From: an uncultured Candidatus Rokubacteria bacterium
Lineage (GTDB): Bacteria; Methylomirabilota; Methylomirabilia; Rokubacteriales; DASRDR01
DNA length: 64,000 bases
Direction: 5' to 3'
Assembly: GCA_963805625.1 (NCBI GenBank)
Contig: CAWDVE010000013.1
Location: forward strand, 610,458-674,457
Part shown: in pieces, positions 42,141 to 51,933 of the stretch
How positions within the stretch are numbered: the stretch's first letter is position 1
How the letters are laid out: each line of letters starts with the position of its first letter
Notes under the pieces: generated by a model
Seen by the model: the letters and a program-made list of their open reading frames with translations, nothing else
The model's database searches: none
What the model was told of the DNA's origin: nothing
Position numbers and translations under genes: made by a program

Positions 42141-43292
42141 TCAGTCTGGCTTGAGAATGCGTTTGACTCTCCGAACGCCCCGCTCGCCGAGGGTACGACG
42201 GGCAGCACTCTTGACGTGCTGCACGCCCCTATCACCGAGCAGGCGCCGAGTCACCCTCGCCCCCAGTCGCATGAGCTCGCCTCGACCGCGCGTCGCGCCA
42301 GCTCCTGTGCCCTTCCGATTTGCCAGGAGCTCCTCGAGAGACGGCGACAGGTACCCCTCAGGTCCTGCTCGTTGCGCCAGCGCCCGGTAGTGCGCCGCAT
42401 ACTCTCTTCCGTCGAAACCGTCACCGTCTCCGAGCTCGCTGATCTCTACGACTCGGTTCTCGTCTCGAGAGCGCTTCGCCGCAATCAGGAGCTTGATCCC
42501 TTCCAAGTGCCACTCCGGTGGGATCTGTGTTCTGCCCGTTGAGGCGAGCTCCACAAAGGCATTGGCGAGACCCTGATAGTGGGACCCCCGACCAAGACCG
42601 ATGTCCAGATGAACGGTGAGGGCGCCAGCCGAGGTCAGAGCGGTGACCACCCAGGGACCCCGTTCCAGCCCGATGTGCACGGCAAGCTCCTGGCCATCCT
42701 CGAGCTCCGCCCAGGCACACTCGGTCGGTCCGAATGCGCCCCAGCGGACACGTCGAGGACGCGCACTGAGGAGGTTCAGCCCGATGTCGGTTCCGTGCAG
42801 GCCGTACTCGAACAGGCTCCGCCAGCCGAACACGACGAGCCCGGCCGGCGTCCCGGTCGAGACGTGGCGCCAAATTGCCTCAAGCTCGGAGCACCAGACG
42901 AGGCTCGAGCCGCACAGGATCCGGGCGCCGCCTCGCACGTATCGCTCGAGAACCCGGACGTCCGCGAGCGTGCCGACGGCGGGCTTGTCCAGATAGACTG
43001 TCTTGCCGGCCTCGAGCCACGGGATCGTCTGCTCGAGCCGTCGATCATACCGGGTACCACACAGGAGCACGGCATCGACCTCGTCGAAGAACTCCTTCGC
43101 GTCGTCGAACACGCGCGCGCTGCCGAGGCGCCGCGCGAACTCCTCGACATGGCTGCGAGGCCAGGTGGCCCCCTGATCGGTGATCGCAACGACCCGCGCC
43201 CGCCCCGTGGCGTTGACGTAGTTCGCGATCGCCCACGGGTGGGTTGTGTCGATGTCGATCAGTCCTACTCGGAGGGTCGGTGGGACGGTCAT
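42141..43292 (-). CDS. Divergent Gfo/Idh/MocA-family oxidoreductase with basic C-terminal tail
   Basis: 'VGLIDIDTTH', 'VYLDKP', 'YGLHG'. ATGA overlap with the upstream gene. Confidence 0.7.
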   Translation of the reverse strand: MTVPPTLRVGLIDIDTTHPWAIANYVNATGRARVVAITDQGATWPRSHVEEFARRLGSARVFDDAKEFFDEVDAVLLCGTRYDRRLEQTIPWLEAGKTVYLDKPAVGTLADVRVLERYVRGGARILCGSSLVWCSELEAIWRHVSTGTPAGLVVFGWRSLFEYGLHGTDIGLNLLSARPRRVRWGAFGPTECAWAELEDGQELAVHIGLERGPWVVTALTSAGALTVHLDIGLGRGSHYQGLANAFVELASTGRTQIPPEWHLEGIKLLIAAKRSRDENRVVEISELGDGDGFDGREYAAHYRALAQRAGPEGYLSPSLEELLANRKGTGAGATRGRGELMRLGARVTRRLLGDRGVQHVKSAARRTLGERGVRRVKRILKPD

Positions 43293-44293
43293 GGCTCGAT
43301 CTCCGGGCGGCCGGTGCGCCACGTGATGTGCTGAGGGAGATGGGTTCGCACGGATCTGAAACACGCCTCGAGCAGAAGGTTGGCCAGGAAGCCGTCCTGG
43401 AGACCGCACGCTGATGGGGCGCCGTCGCACACCTGGGCAACGAAGGCCCGGGCCTGGTGGTGGATCGCCTCGTCCCCTGCACGGGTCATGTCCTCCGTGC
43501 GAGTCCCGATCCGGTAGGTCCCGCTCTGGAGCCGGTCGTACAGCTCGATTGCGAGGCCGCCGGTCCCGAACAAGGAGAACTGATACTTGCCCGCGCGCCT
43601 CGGGACGGCGGTCTGGCTCTGGATGCACACGCCCGTTGCGCCGTTCTCGAACGTGACGATGGCGTGCATCTGGTCCAGGCAGGGGTGGCCGAGGTGGGCG
43701 CGTGTCCCCCCCTCGGCGTAGACGCGCACCGGCCTGGACTGGGCCAGGTAGCACAGCATGTCGAGGGTGTGGCATCCGTCGCCCAGAACGCTGCCACCTC
43801 CTATCTCCGGAAGGTGCTGCCACGATATGGGATCCCACCGGTCGTCGATGAACTGGCCCACCACGAGCTCGGGCTGCGGGAGGATGTCGCGCGCACGTTG
43901 GACCGTGGGGAAGTACCGAAACTTGTACCCCACACTGATGAGGTGTTCACGTCCCTCGACGCCTGAGACCAACTCCTCGCATTCCTTCAAAGACATGCCC
44001 AGGGGCTTCTCGACCAGCACGTGCTTCCCGGCGAGCACCGCGCGTCGGCAGAGGTCGGCGTGTGAGTCGTGGTGGGTAGCGATCACGACTGCATCGATGG
44101 CGACCGACTGAAACAGTTCGTCTGGCTCCGTCGTGACGATGCTGCCGCCGAAACGCGCGGCCAGCGCTTCGGCCTTCCCGCGTGTCCGGTTACAGAAGCC
44201 GACCAGCCGGACCCGCCGGAGGCGCGAGAAGGCCTCGGCATGGTACGCCCCGAAGTGGCCACAGCCGACGATCGCGATCCGGGCGACCGCCAT
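43289..44293 (-). CDS. Gfo/Idh/MocA-family oxidoreductase
   Basis: 'VGCGHFG', 'HVLVEKP', 'GGGSVLGDGCHTLD'. Confidence 0.88.
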   Translation of the reverse strand: MAVARIAIVGCGHFGAYHAEAFSRLRRVRLVGFCNRTRGKAEALAARFGGSIVTTEPDELFQSVAIDAVVIATHHDSHADLCRRAVLAGKHVLVEKPLGMSLKECEELVSGVEGREHLISVGYKFRYFPTVQRARDILPQPELVVGQFIDDRWDPISWQHLPEIGGGSVLGDGCHTLDMLCYLAQSRPVRVYAEGGTRAHLGHPCLDQMHAIVTFENGATGVCIQSQTAVPRRAGKYQFSLFGTGGLAIELYDRLQSGTYRIGTRTEDMTRAGDEAIHHQARAFVAQVCDGAPSACGLQDGFLANLLLEACFRSVRTHLPQHITWRTGRPEIEP

Positions 44294-45306
44294 CAGGACA
44301 CCTGCGCGTGCACCGGCGGAGAAGGCCGCTCGATGTCGCCGTCCTTCAGCTTGAACAGGGTGTCGCGGATCACGTCCAGCACCTCCATCGTCGGGATGAT
44401 CTGGGCCGCGTCGATACGGGTCGGAACCCGTTGGCGGATGGCCCGGAGGAAGTCATGGAGTTGCTCGCCGAACCCCTGGTTGTCCGCAAGAAGAGTGCGC
44501 GCGCCGTTCATGGCGTAGCCGCGGTGCAGGTCGCCGAGAAAGATCGAGCCGCTCTCGCCGACGATCACGGTCTCGATCGAGGTGACATGAGAATTGAGGC
44601 TGTGGACGAAGGAGCCGACGGCGCCGTTGTCGAAAGTGACAGCCATACTCAATTCGTCGATGTCCTGCCAGCCCGGGTTGGTCCGCGTGGCGAAAGCAGC
44701 GATCTCCGCGATCCTGAGACCCGTCATGTACAGGATCGCATCCACCTCGTGGACCGAATTGCCGTGAAGGAGCCATCCGCCCGCCTGAGCCGGGTCGTGT
44801 GCCCACGGCCGCCCGGCGTCGCGCTGGTAGACGAGACGTCGCCGGCTGACGTGCCGCACAGGGCCGATGGCACCGGCCGCAATCGCCTGGTGAGCGCGGT
44901 GCACATTCGGCCAGAAGCGCATGATATGGCCCACGAGCAGGCGACGCTCGCAAGCGACCGCCCGCTCGCAGAGCGTGCGGCTCTCCACTGCCGACAGGGC
45001 CAGGGGCTTTTCGACGAGAACGTCCTTGCCAGCCTCGAATGCCTGGAGCACTTGCGGGAAGTGACGGTCGTGCGGTGTGGCGATTACAATCCCCTCGATC
45101 GCCGAATCCGCCAGGAGGTCCTCATAGGAAGGTGCCACCCGCGCGCCACGCACGGTAGCGGCAAGGTTTGCCGCTCGTGTGGCGTCGCTGTCGTGAACCG
45201 CGACCAGTCGCGAGCGTCTCTGCTCCACGATCGCGGCCGCATGGATCCTGCCCATCTGGCCGCATCCTACCAGCCCGAGCCCAACCGGCCGTTCTCGCCA
45301 GATCAT
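44293..45306 (-). CDS. Gfo/Idh/MocA-family oxidoreductase
   Basis: 'VGCGQMG', 'DVLVEKPLA', 'GGWLLHGNSVHEVD'. Confidence 0.88.
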   Translation of the reverse strand: MIWRERPVGLGLVGCGQMGRIHAAAIVEQRRSRLVAVHDSDATRAANLAATVRGARVAPSYEDLLADSAIEGIVIATPHDRHFPQVLQAFEAGKDVLVEKPLALSAVESRTLCERAVACERRLLVGHIMRFWPNVHRAHQAIAAGAIGPVRHVSRRRLVYQRDAGRPWAHDPAQAGGWLLHGNSVHEVDAILYMTGLRIAEIAAFATRTNPGWQDIDELSMAVTFDNGAVGSFVHSLNSHVTSIETVIVGESGSIFLGDLHRGYAMNGARTLLADNQGFGEQLHDFLRAIRQRVPTRIDAAQIIPTMEVLDVIRDTLFKLKDGDIERPSPPVHAQVS

Positions 45307-45316
45307 GTCGCGTCCC

Positions 45317-46558
45317 TCAGGCTCCGCTGTCCGGGCGGATCACGCGCATCTCATAGGGCATGTGGACCATGCCTCGAATGTAGCGGTCGCTCTCCACCTC
45401 GATCTCCCAATTGTTTCTTCTCCAGTCGTAGATGTCGAGCATGTCGGAGCCACAGACGAGTGCAGTGATGCGATACACACCAGGGGCCAGTGAGACGGAG
45501 GGGAAGCGCACCTCGACGATCGTCGGCTTCTCGATCCGTCCGAGCTGGTACCCCGCGTACCCACCCTCCCCGCTAGGCGTGCCCGTCCTGGCAGAGGCGG
45601 CGACCACACCGTGCGCCGAGTTGAACCCCAACTCCACCACGGGACTGTCGACGGCCTCGCGTGGCACGAGATGGATGCGGACCCTGAGCTCGTCGCCCAA
45701 GCGGAAGCGTGCCGTGGAACGGCCTTCGCCGTCCAGAAACTCCACATCGGTGATCGTCACGCGGCCATTCCCCGCGCGCAGCACTTCACGGATCCAGCCC
45801 GAAGGCCGCCGACGGTACTCGGCAAAGCAGTCGTGGATGCCGCCCGACAGGACCAGAGTGCCTCGCTCGAGCAGCAGGCCTCGCGTGCACACCCGGCGGA
45901 CGAGCTCCTCGTTGTGACTGACGAGGATGACGGTGCAGCCGGACTCGCACAGACGGCTCACGTGCTGGAGGCACTTCGCCTGGAACGCCATGTCGCCGAC
46001 CGCCAACACCTCGTCGACCAGGAGGATGTCAGGTCGGAGGTGGGCCGCCACGGCAAAGCCGAGGCGGACGTACATCCCGGAGCTGTAGAACTTGACCGGC
46101 GTGTCGATGAACTCGGCCAGCTCGGCGAACGCCACGATATCGTCGAACTGACGCCTGATCTCGGCCGTCGTCAGACCAAGGATGGCGCCGTTGATATAGA
46201 CATTCTCGCGTCCTGTGAGCATCGGGTGAAACCCCGCACCGATCTCGATGAGCGCCACCACGCGGCCGCGCATGTGGATCGTGCCCAGGTCGGGCCGGAT
46301 GATGCCGTTGAGCAGCTTGAGGAGGGTGCTCTTCCCGGCACCATTGGCGCCGACCAGTCCCAGACATTCCCCGCGCCGCAGCTCGAAGTTCACGTTATCC
46401 AGGGCCCAGAACTCGTCGACGCGGAGTGTTCCGTTGGCCGACCGAAGCCCGACTACATCCCGCAGGATGTCCCGTACCCCGTACCACATCGAACGGCGCA
46501 GGTTCCGGCAGAAGCGCTTGGAGACGCCATCCACCCGAACGACGAAGTCCTCGGTCAC
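45317..46558 (-). CDS. wzt: Polysaccharide ABC exporter ATP-binding protein with C-terminal carbohydrate-binding domain
   Basis: Walker A GANGAGKST, 'YSSGMYVRLGF', 'DEVLAVGD', ~170-aa Wzt_C-like beta-sandwich. Confidence 0.93.
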   Translation of the reverse strand: MTEDFVVRVDGVSKRFCRNLRRSMWYGVRDILRDVVGLRSANGTLRVDEFWALDNVNFELRRGECLGLVGANGAGKSTLLKLLNGIIRPDLGTIHMRGRVVALIEIGAGFHPMLTGRENVYINGAILGLTTAEIRRQFDDIVAFAELAEFIDTPVKFYSSGMYVRLGFAVAAHLRPDILLVDEVLAVGDMAFQAKCLQHVSRLCESGCTVILVSHNEELVRRVCTRGLLLERGTLVLSGGIHDCFAEYRRRPSGWIREVLRAGNGRVTITDVEFLDGEGRSTARFRLGDELRVRIHLVPREAVDSPVVELGFNSAHGVVAASARTGTPSGEGGYAGYQLGRIEKPTIVEVRFPSVSLAPGVYRITALVCGSDMLDIYDWRRNNWEIEVESDRYIRGMVHMPYEMRVIRPDSGA

Positions 46559-46561
46559 CGG

Positions 46562-47407
46562 CTACACCCTCTCGATGATGCGCGGCATCGCGACGTGAAA
46601 CGCGCGCCAGGCTAGCAGGAAGATGATGACGCCCATGCAGCTCGCAAGGACGAGTGTGACCGGGTGGCTCAGGGTCCCGCGGAACACCAGATCACGAGTG
46701 GCAATAATGAACGGGCTCGCGGGGTTGAGATAATTGACCAACGTAGCAGGCCAGCGAGTCGGCGGTGGGTACACGACGGGGGCCAGGAACATGCCGAAGG
46801 TCGTCACCAACACCACCGCGTTGGCGGTGTCCCGGAACACGCCGTTGAGCGGCGCGAGCAGAAAGCCGAAGCCGAGGGTCATGAGCGCGAGCGGGACAAG
46901 CGCCATGGGCACCAGGACGGCAGCCCAGGACGGGGCAATTCCGAACCACGCCAACGCGGCGCCGGCAAGCAGCGCGCGCAGCATGAAGTCCAAAACGGCT
47001 TGACCGAACGCCGCAACGACCAACGTCTCCCTCGCAAAGTCGATCTTGGTGACGAAGTTCCCGGCCGCGGTGAGGCTCTGGGCCGTGACCAGGAGGCCGC
47101 CCGCGAAGAGCTGCCATACCGCCAAGCCCAGCAGGACGTAGACCCCGTACGGGACATCGGTCTCCGGGATCGGCACGACCTGGGCACGGCGGAGGTAGAC
47201 GAACGAGCCCACGATGAGGATGGTCGGCAGGAGGGCCCAGACGTATCCGAGCACAGACTGCCGGTACTTGGCGGAGAAGTCGCGGACGAACAAGCGCCAG
47301 ACCAACTGGCGGCCTGCGACGAGAGACCGCGCCATGTCGAGCCAGATCCTGGGTCCCCAGCCGAGACCCCGATCGGGCGTGTAGATCACGTGTGGGAGGC
47401 GGCTCAC
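46562..47407 (-). CDS. wzm: Polysaccharide ABC exporter permease
   Basis: 'RDFSAKYRQSVLGYVW', 'PVVYP', 'LNP', 6 TM helices, adjacent to wzt. Confidence 0.92.
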   Translation of the reverse strand: MSRLPHVIYTPDRGLGWGPRIWLDMARSLVAGRQLVWRLFVRDFSAKYRQSVLGYVWALLPTILIVGSFVYLRRAQVVPIPETDVPYGVYVLLGLAVWQLFAGGLLVTAQSLTAAGNFVTKIDFARETLVVAAFGQAVLDFMLRALLAGAALAWFGIAPSWAAVLVPMALVPLALMTLGFGFLLAPLNGVFRDTANAVVLVTTFGMFLAPVVYPPPTRWPATLVNYLNPASPFIIATRDLVFRGTLSHPVTLVLASCMGVIIFLLAWRAFHVAMPRIIERV

Positions 47408-47633
47408 GGCGCGGCCTCCTTCGGGGCCAAGGCATCCGTAAGCGGGAGCATGGATCGGTTGTAGGTCTTCACGCTGGGACGAACTTTAGCTAGAGACCAA
47501 GAGTCCAAGAACGGCCGCCCGAGGATCACCCTGTTGTCTCTTGCCGCTAACCTCCGCACCGTGGAGGGCGCAACCGTGGACCTAGCATGTGCAGTCCATC
47601 GGCCGCGAAGGATTACCGGTCCAACATCAGCGG

Positions 47634-48851
47634 TCAATTGGCGCATGTCCCACTTTCTTGATGGAGCGCCTCGCGAGCAACTGCAACGAGACGCTGCCGA
47701 ACGGCCTCAACCGAGTATCGTGTTCTGTAAAGCTCGCTCCCGGCTGCCGTAAGTCGCTCCGCCAAGCCAGGTTCCTTGAAGATCCTGATGCAGGCGCGGG
47801 CGAACTCCCCCGCATCGTCCACGAGGAGAAGCTCGCGACCATCCTTCACGTCATAACCAAATGCGCCTAGTCGCGTTGATACGATCGGGATCCTACGAAC
47901 AAATGCTTCGCTGATTTTGATTCTCGTCCCCCCCCCGAAACGGACAGGGATGATCATTGCCGTCCAGGTTGCCATCTCTTCGGTCGGGTCGGCCACGTAA
48001 CCAAGTGCGACACCGGGTAAGCCGCGGGTCCGCAAGAGCTCGCTGCTCTCGTCGCCAATGAGGCGCAGCTCAGCATGTGGCAAGACGCGCTCGATCTCTG
48101 GCCACACGAAGCGGCCGAACCATTCCACGGCATCGCGATTCGGTTGGTATCCGAGGTGCCCGATGAAACCGAATCGGGGGGGCACTGTCGGATTGCGGCG
48201 AACAATGACGTGTGAATCGTCGAACGTGTTGGGGATGACGTGGACGCGAGACTGAGCACGTAGATAACGGCGATCATCCTCGCTGCAGACGATGAGATGG
48301 CGGAAGCGCTCATCGAGCAACGTCTCTCGCCGGCGCCACTGCCACGCGCGCCAGAGGGCACGAAAGCGCTCGCCTCGCCTCGACACGACGGCCTTCGCCG
48401 ACTCGAAGCGACTGAGCAGATCATCAACATCAAGCACACCTCGGGGCCAGCACCACCGGCCGAGCATGTTGGCGCATCGGAGATGATGGATCCACACTAA
48501 GTCGGCGTGGGCGAGTTCCTGCTCAACAACGTGTCGGTCAACGTCGCGGATGCAGAATCCATCAGTGTCCATACATCGCGGGCTGAGGTTGCGCCGAAGG
48601 CGCGTCAGAACCTGCGCTGGGCCTCCGGCGTCGTAGCGCACGGTAGGCGCCAACTCCAAGATGCGAGCCGTGTGTGCCACCGCCTCCGCGCTCCAAGGGC
48701 GACGCGTGATGGGCAGGAATCTCACGCGGCCCACGGTCCGTAGCGCATCGAGAGTGACACGCGTCCGCAGTCCTCCGCCGCACACAGCACCATACGGCTG
48801 GTTCTCTCCTATGAACACGATACGCGGATCGGACGGCACTCTAACGGCCAT
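47634..48851 (-). CDS. Glycosyltransferase family 4
   Basis: 'YQPNRDAVEWF', 'PVRFGGGTRIKISEAF', 'VSTRLGA'. Confidence 0.88.
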   Translation of the reverse strand: MAVRVPSDPRIVFIGENQPYGAVCGGGLRTRVTLDALRTVGRVRFLPITRRPWSAEAVAHTARILELAPTVRYDAGGPAQVLTRLRRNLSPRCMDTDGFCIRDVDRHVVEQELAHADLVWIHHLRCANMLGRWCWPRGVLDVDDLLSRFESAKAVVSRRGERFRALWRAWQWRRRETLLDERFRHLIVCSEDDRRYLRAQSRVHVIPNTFDDSHVIVRRNPTVPPRFGFIGHLGYQPNRDAVEWFGRFVWPEIERVLPHAELRLIGDESSELLRTRGLPGVALGYVADPTEEMATWTAMIIPVRFGGGTRIKISEAFVRRIPIVSTRLGAFGYDVKDGRELLLVDDAGEFARACIRIFKEPGLAERLTAAGSELYRTRYSVEAVRQRLVAVAREALHQESGTCAN

Positions 48852-49983
48852 CAGGGGTGGACCGGAACGGGGTGCGCGAGGGCCTTGCATTGGGTGGGGA
48901 GGAAGCCGGCGAGAGCGAGGTCGCTCGCGCATCACGCCAACGGTCAGTAGCCAAGCGGAAGGCTCCTTGGTCACCGACCGTCGGCCGCTCGAGCCAAGAT
49001 AGCAGCCTGTCCCAGAACCTGGCCAGCGTCCATCTTGCCCGTGGCACGTAGATCTGAGCTCGCTTGGCCAGGCTCCAGCCGAAGAGCCGTCGGATCCAGT
49101 CGTACTTCCACGACAACCGGGGCGTCTCCAGCCTCCCGCCGAGTTCCGTCGCCAGCTGCTCCACCTCCTTCACGATGTCGAGCCGATCGGGGTAGAAGTG
49201 AAGAAGCCAGTTCTGGAGGTACGTCACGCACGCGGCTCGGACCCGCTCGCTGTCCTCGAGCGACCGCAGGTACGCGATGTGCAGCCGCATGGAGACGAAC
49301 TGGGCCTCCATCTTCCGGCTGGATCGGCCAATGTAGCTGAGCCGACCGGAGCCCGACATGCGGTAGAACACTCGCCCCTCGGGCACGAAGCGGATGCCGT
49401 CGCTGGCCAGCAGGACCCGACAGAAGTACTCACCGTCGTCGTCGCCCAGGAGGCGCGTGTCCCACGGCCCGGCGGTGTCGGTCAGCTTCCGGCTCACGAG
49501 CCAGGTGGCCGTTTGCATGTGGAGGTTCTGCCCGAGCTTCCGGATCAGCCATTCGACCGGGGGCAGGTCGCACCAGAGCGCCGTGGGCGTGAAGGTGGCG
49601 CGGTGGGGTCGGTACATGAAGTAGCCCCAGCCCGAGGAGAGCAGCATCCGGTCACTACACCCTCCCTCGAGCGCCTCCATCTGCCGGGATACCTTGTCGG
49701 GGGACAGGAGGTCGTCGGCGTCCAGCCACTGGACGTAGTCACCCTGACACAGGGAGAAGGCCCGGTTCCGGGCCGCCGCCGCCCCCTGGTTCTCCTGGGT
49801 CACCACGAGCACATCCGTGGCGGCGAATCGTCGGGCCACCGCCAGCGTCCCGTCGGTGGACCCGTCATCCACGACGACGATCTCCTTCCGGGGCCACGAC
49901 TGGTCGAGCACCGACCTGAGCGTGTCGGAAATCCACGCCTCGGCGTTGTACGCGGGGATCAGGATGGACACGAGCGGAGTCAT
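48841..49983 (-). CDS. Glycosyltransferase family 2
   Basis: 'VSILIPAYNAE', 'VDDGSTD', 'NQGAAAARN', 'LDADD'. Confidence 0.92.
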   Translation of the reverse strand: MTPLVSILIPAYNAEAWISDTLRSVLDQSWPRKEIVVVDDGSTDGTLAVARRFAATDVLVVTQENQGAAAARNRAFSLCQGDYVQWLDADDLLSPDKVSRQMEALEGGCSDRMLLSSGWGYFMYRPHRATFTPTALWCDLPPVEWLIRKLGQNLHMQTATWLVSRKLTDTAGPWDTRLLGDDDGEYFCRVLLASDGIRFVPEGRVFYRMSGSGRLSYIGRSSRKMEAQFVSMRLHIAYLRSLEDSERVRAACVTYLQNWLLHFYPDRLDIVKEVEQLATELGGRLETPRLSWKYDWIRRLFGWSLAKRAQIYVPRARWTLARFWDRLLSWLERPTVGDQGAFRLATDRWRDARATSLSPASSPPNARPSRTPFRSTPDGR

Positions 49984-50141
49984 CGAAGGGCCTCGCGGAC
50001 CGAACCGCCCCGGACCTCTTCGCATCCGGCCAGCTCGTCGTCGCCGACGACGGCGAGCCGCACCCCCCGCGCCGCCAGTTCGGGGACGAGCCCGCGTGGG
50101 TAGGAGTGGTCCTTCCCACCGGTCAGGAGCGCGACCTTCAT
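49980..50141 (-). pseudogene. Truncated GT4 N-terminal fragment (53 aa)
   Basis: MKVALLTGGKDHSYPRGLVPELAARGV aligns with the N-terminus of 53052-54263 (MRVSLLTGGDDPNYAVPLAAALADRGI). Coupled to both neighbours. Confidence 0.7.
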
Positions 50142-51352
50142 GGCACCAGCGCCAGCATCGCCGGCTCCGCGCAGGCGTGCTGCACGCATTCGAGCAGGCT
50201 GCCCCCCTCGAAGTGGACGCCGCGAATACCGGCCGCCGCGGCCGCTTCAAGATCGTGGGCGGCATCGCCGACCAGGACCGAGCGCGCGGGGTCGAACCCC
50301 CACTCGGCGAGGGCGCGCTCGATGAGGGCCGGCGCCGGCTTCCGGCAGCGGCACGGACGGCGGTATGCGCCATGGCCCTCGGTCGGATGATGCGGGCAGT
50401 GGTACGTCGCGTCGACATGGGCGCCGGCCGCGGCGAGCTCCCCGTCGATCCAGGCGGTGAAGGCATGGAAGTCCGCCTCGGTGTAGAAGCCACGAGCGAT
50501 GCCGGCCTGGTTCGTGATGACGAGCACGAGGAACCCCCGGTCGTTCGCCCACCGGATCGCCTCCCGGGCGCCCTCGATCCAGGCGAACTCCTCGGGCCGG
50601 TGGACCCAGCCGCGGTCGACGTTAAGGGTCCCGTCCCGATCGAGGAGGAGCGCGGGCTTCCCGCGCCACGCGGCGACCGACGCCCGCGCGGCGCCGAGCG
50701 CCTCGGGGACGCCGATGTCGACGAAGAACCCGTCGTAGCTGGCGCCCGCGAGCCGTCCGTCGGCAGCCAGGTCGGACAGGAGGTCCTGCTCGAGCGAGGA
50801 TAGTCCCGCCGGGAGCCGCTCGACCGCCTCGCGTCGCATGACGTAAACGCCGCCGTTGATCGCTCCGGGACCGGTGCCCCCCTTTTCGGCGAACGCCTCG
50901 ACGCGACCGCCGCGGACCCGCGCTGCCCCGTAGCGCGCGACGTCGTCGACCCGCCGCAGGGCGACCACCGCGAGCGCCCCGTCGCCGAGCCGCGCCGCGA
51001 GGTCGAGGTAGTTCAGGTCGAAGAGGGTGTCGCCATTGAGCAGGAGGAAGCGCTCGTCGAGGCGGTCCGCGGCGAAAGCCAGGGCCCCGCCCGTCCCGCG
51101 CGGCTCCGGCTCGACGGCATACTCGATATGAACGCCGTGGGCCCGGCCGTCGCCGTAATGGGCCTCGAACGCCGGGGCGAGGTGGCCGGTCAGGAGCAGG
51201 ACCCGCCGGATCCCATGGCGCGCGGTGTTCCAGATCACGTGGTCGAGGAACGGCAGGCCGGCGACCTCGAGGAGGGGCTTCGGGGTGTGGCGCGTTGCGG
51301 CGCCGAGCCGGGTCCCGAGCCCCCCGGCCAGGATGACCGCCTGCTTCACCAT
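50138..51352 (-). CDS. Fused HddC-like heptose-1-phosphate nucleotidyltransferase / GmhB heptose-1,7-bisphosphate phosphatase
   Basis: 'ILAGGLGTRL..PKPLL', 'GTGGAL', 'FVDIGVPE', then HAD motifs 'DRDGTLN', 'TNQAGIARG', 'CPHHP..CRCRKPAP'. Confidence 0.9.
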   Translation of the reverse strand: MVKQAVILAGGLGTRLGAATRHTPKPLLEVAGLPFLDHVIWNTARHGIRRVLLLTGHLAPAFEAHYGDGRAHGVHIEYAVEPEPRGTGGALAFAADRLDERFLLLNGDTLFDLNYLDLAARLGDGALAVVALRRVDDVARYGAARVRGGRVEAFAEKGGTGPGAINGGVYVMRREAVERLPAGLSSLEQDLLSDLAADGRLAGASYDGFFVDIGVPEALGAARASVAAWRGKPALLLDRDGTLNVDRGWVHRPEEFAWIEGAREAIRWANDRGFLVLVITNQAGIARGFYTEADFHAFTAWIDGELAAAGAHVDATYHCPHHPTEGHGAYRRPCRCRKPAPALIERALAEWGFDPARSVLVGDAAHDLEAAAAAGIRGVHFEGGSLLECVQHACAEPAMLALVP

Positions 51353-51363
51353 GGATTGGCCGG

Positions 51364-51933
51364 TCAGCACAGGACCCGCTCGAGGAGTTCGCAGATCGTG
51401 TGGCCGATGAGGATGTGGCACTCCTGGATCCGCGGCGTCGAGGCCGATGGGACGCAAAGGCAGACGTCGCAGAGGTCACGCATCTTGCCGCCGCTCTCGC
51501 CGGTCAACCCGATCACCGTCATCCGCGTCTCCCGTGCGGCCTCGATCGCGCGCAGCACGTTCTCGCTGTTCCCGCTGGTCGAGAGCGCGAGGAGGACGTC
51601 CCCCGGCCGTCCGTGAGCGGCCACCTCCCGGGCGAACACGTGGTCGTAGCCGTAGTCGTTGCCGATCGCGGTGAGCGACGACGTGTTCCCGTGGAGGGCC
51701 ATGGCCGGGAGCGGTCGCCGATCGCGGAAGAACCGCCCGGTGAGCTCGGCCGCGATGTGCTGGGCGTCGGCGGCCGAGCCGCCGTTCCCGCACGCGAGGA
51801 GCCGGCCGCCGGCGGCCATCGACCGGGCGATGGTCGCCACGACGCGGTCCACGTCCCCGGCCAAGGGACGGAGGGCCATCGCCACCCGCAGGTGCTCGTC
51901 CCAGATCGTCTCGATCGCACGGCGATGGCTCAC
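51364..51933 (-). CDS. gmhA: Phosphoheptose (sedoheptulose-7-phosphate) isomerase
   Basis: 'CGNGGSAADAQHIAAE', 'NDYGY', 'STSGNS', 'RIQECHILIGH'. Confidence 0.95.
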   Translation of the reverse strand: MSHRRAIETIWDEHLRVAMALRPLAGDVDRVVATIARSMAAGGRLLACGNGGSAADAQHIAAELTGRFFRDRRPLPAMALHGNTSSLTAIGNDYGYDHVFAREVAAHGRPGDVLLALSTSGNSENVLRAIEAARETRMTVIGLTGESGGKMRDLCDVCLCVPSASTPRIQECHILIGHTICELLERVLC

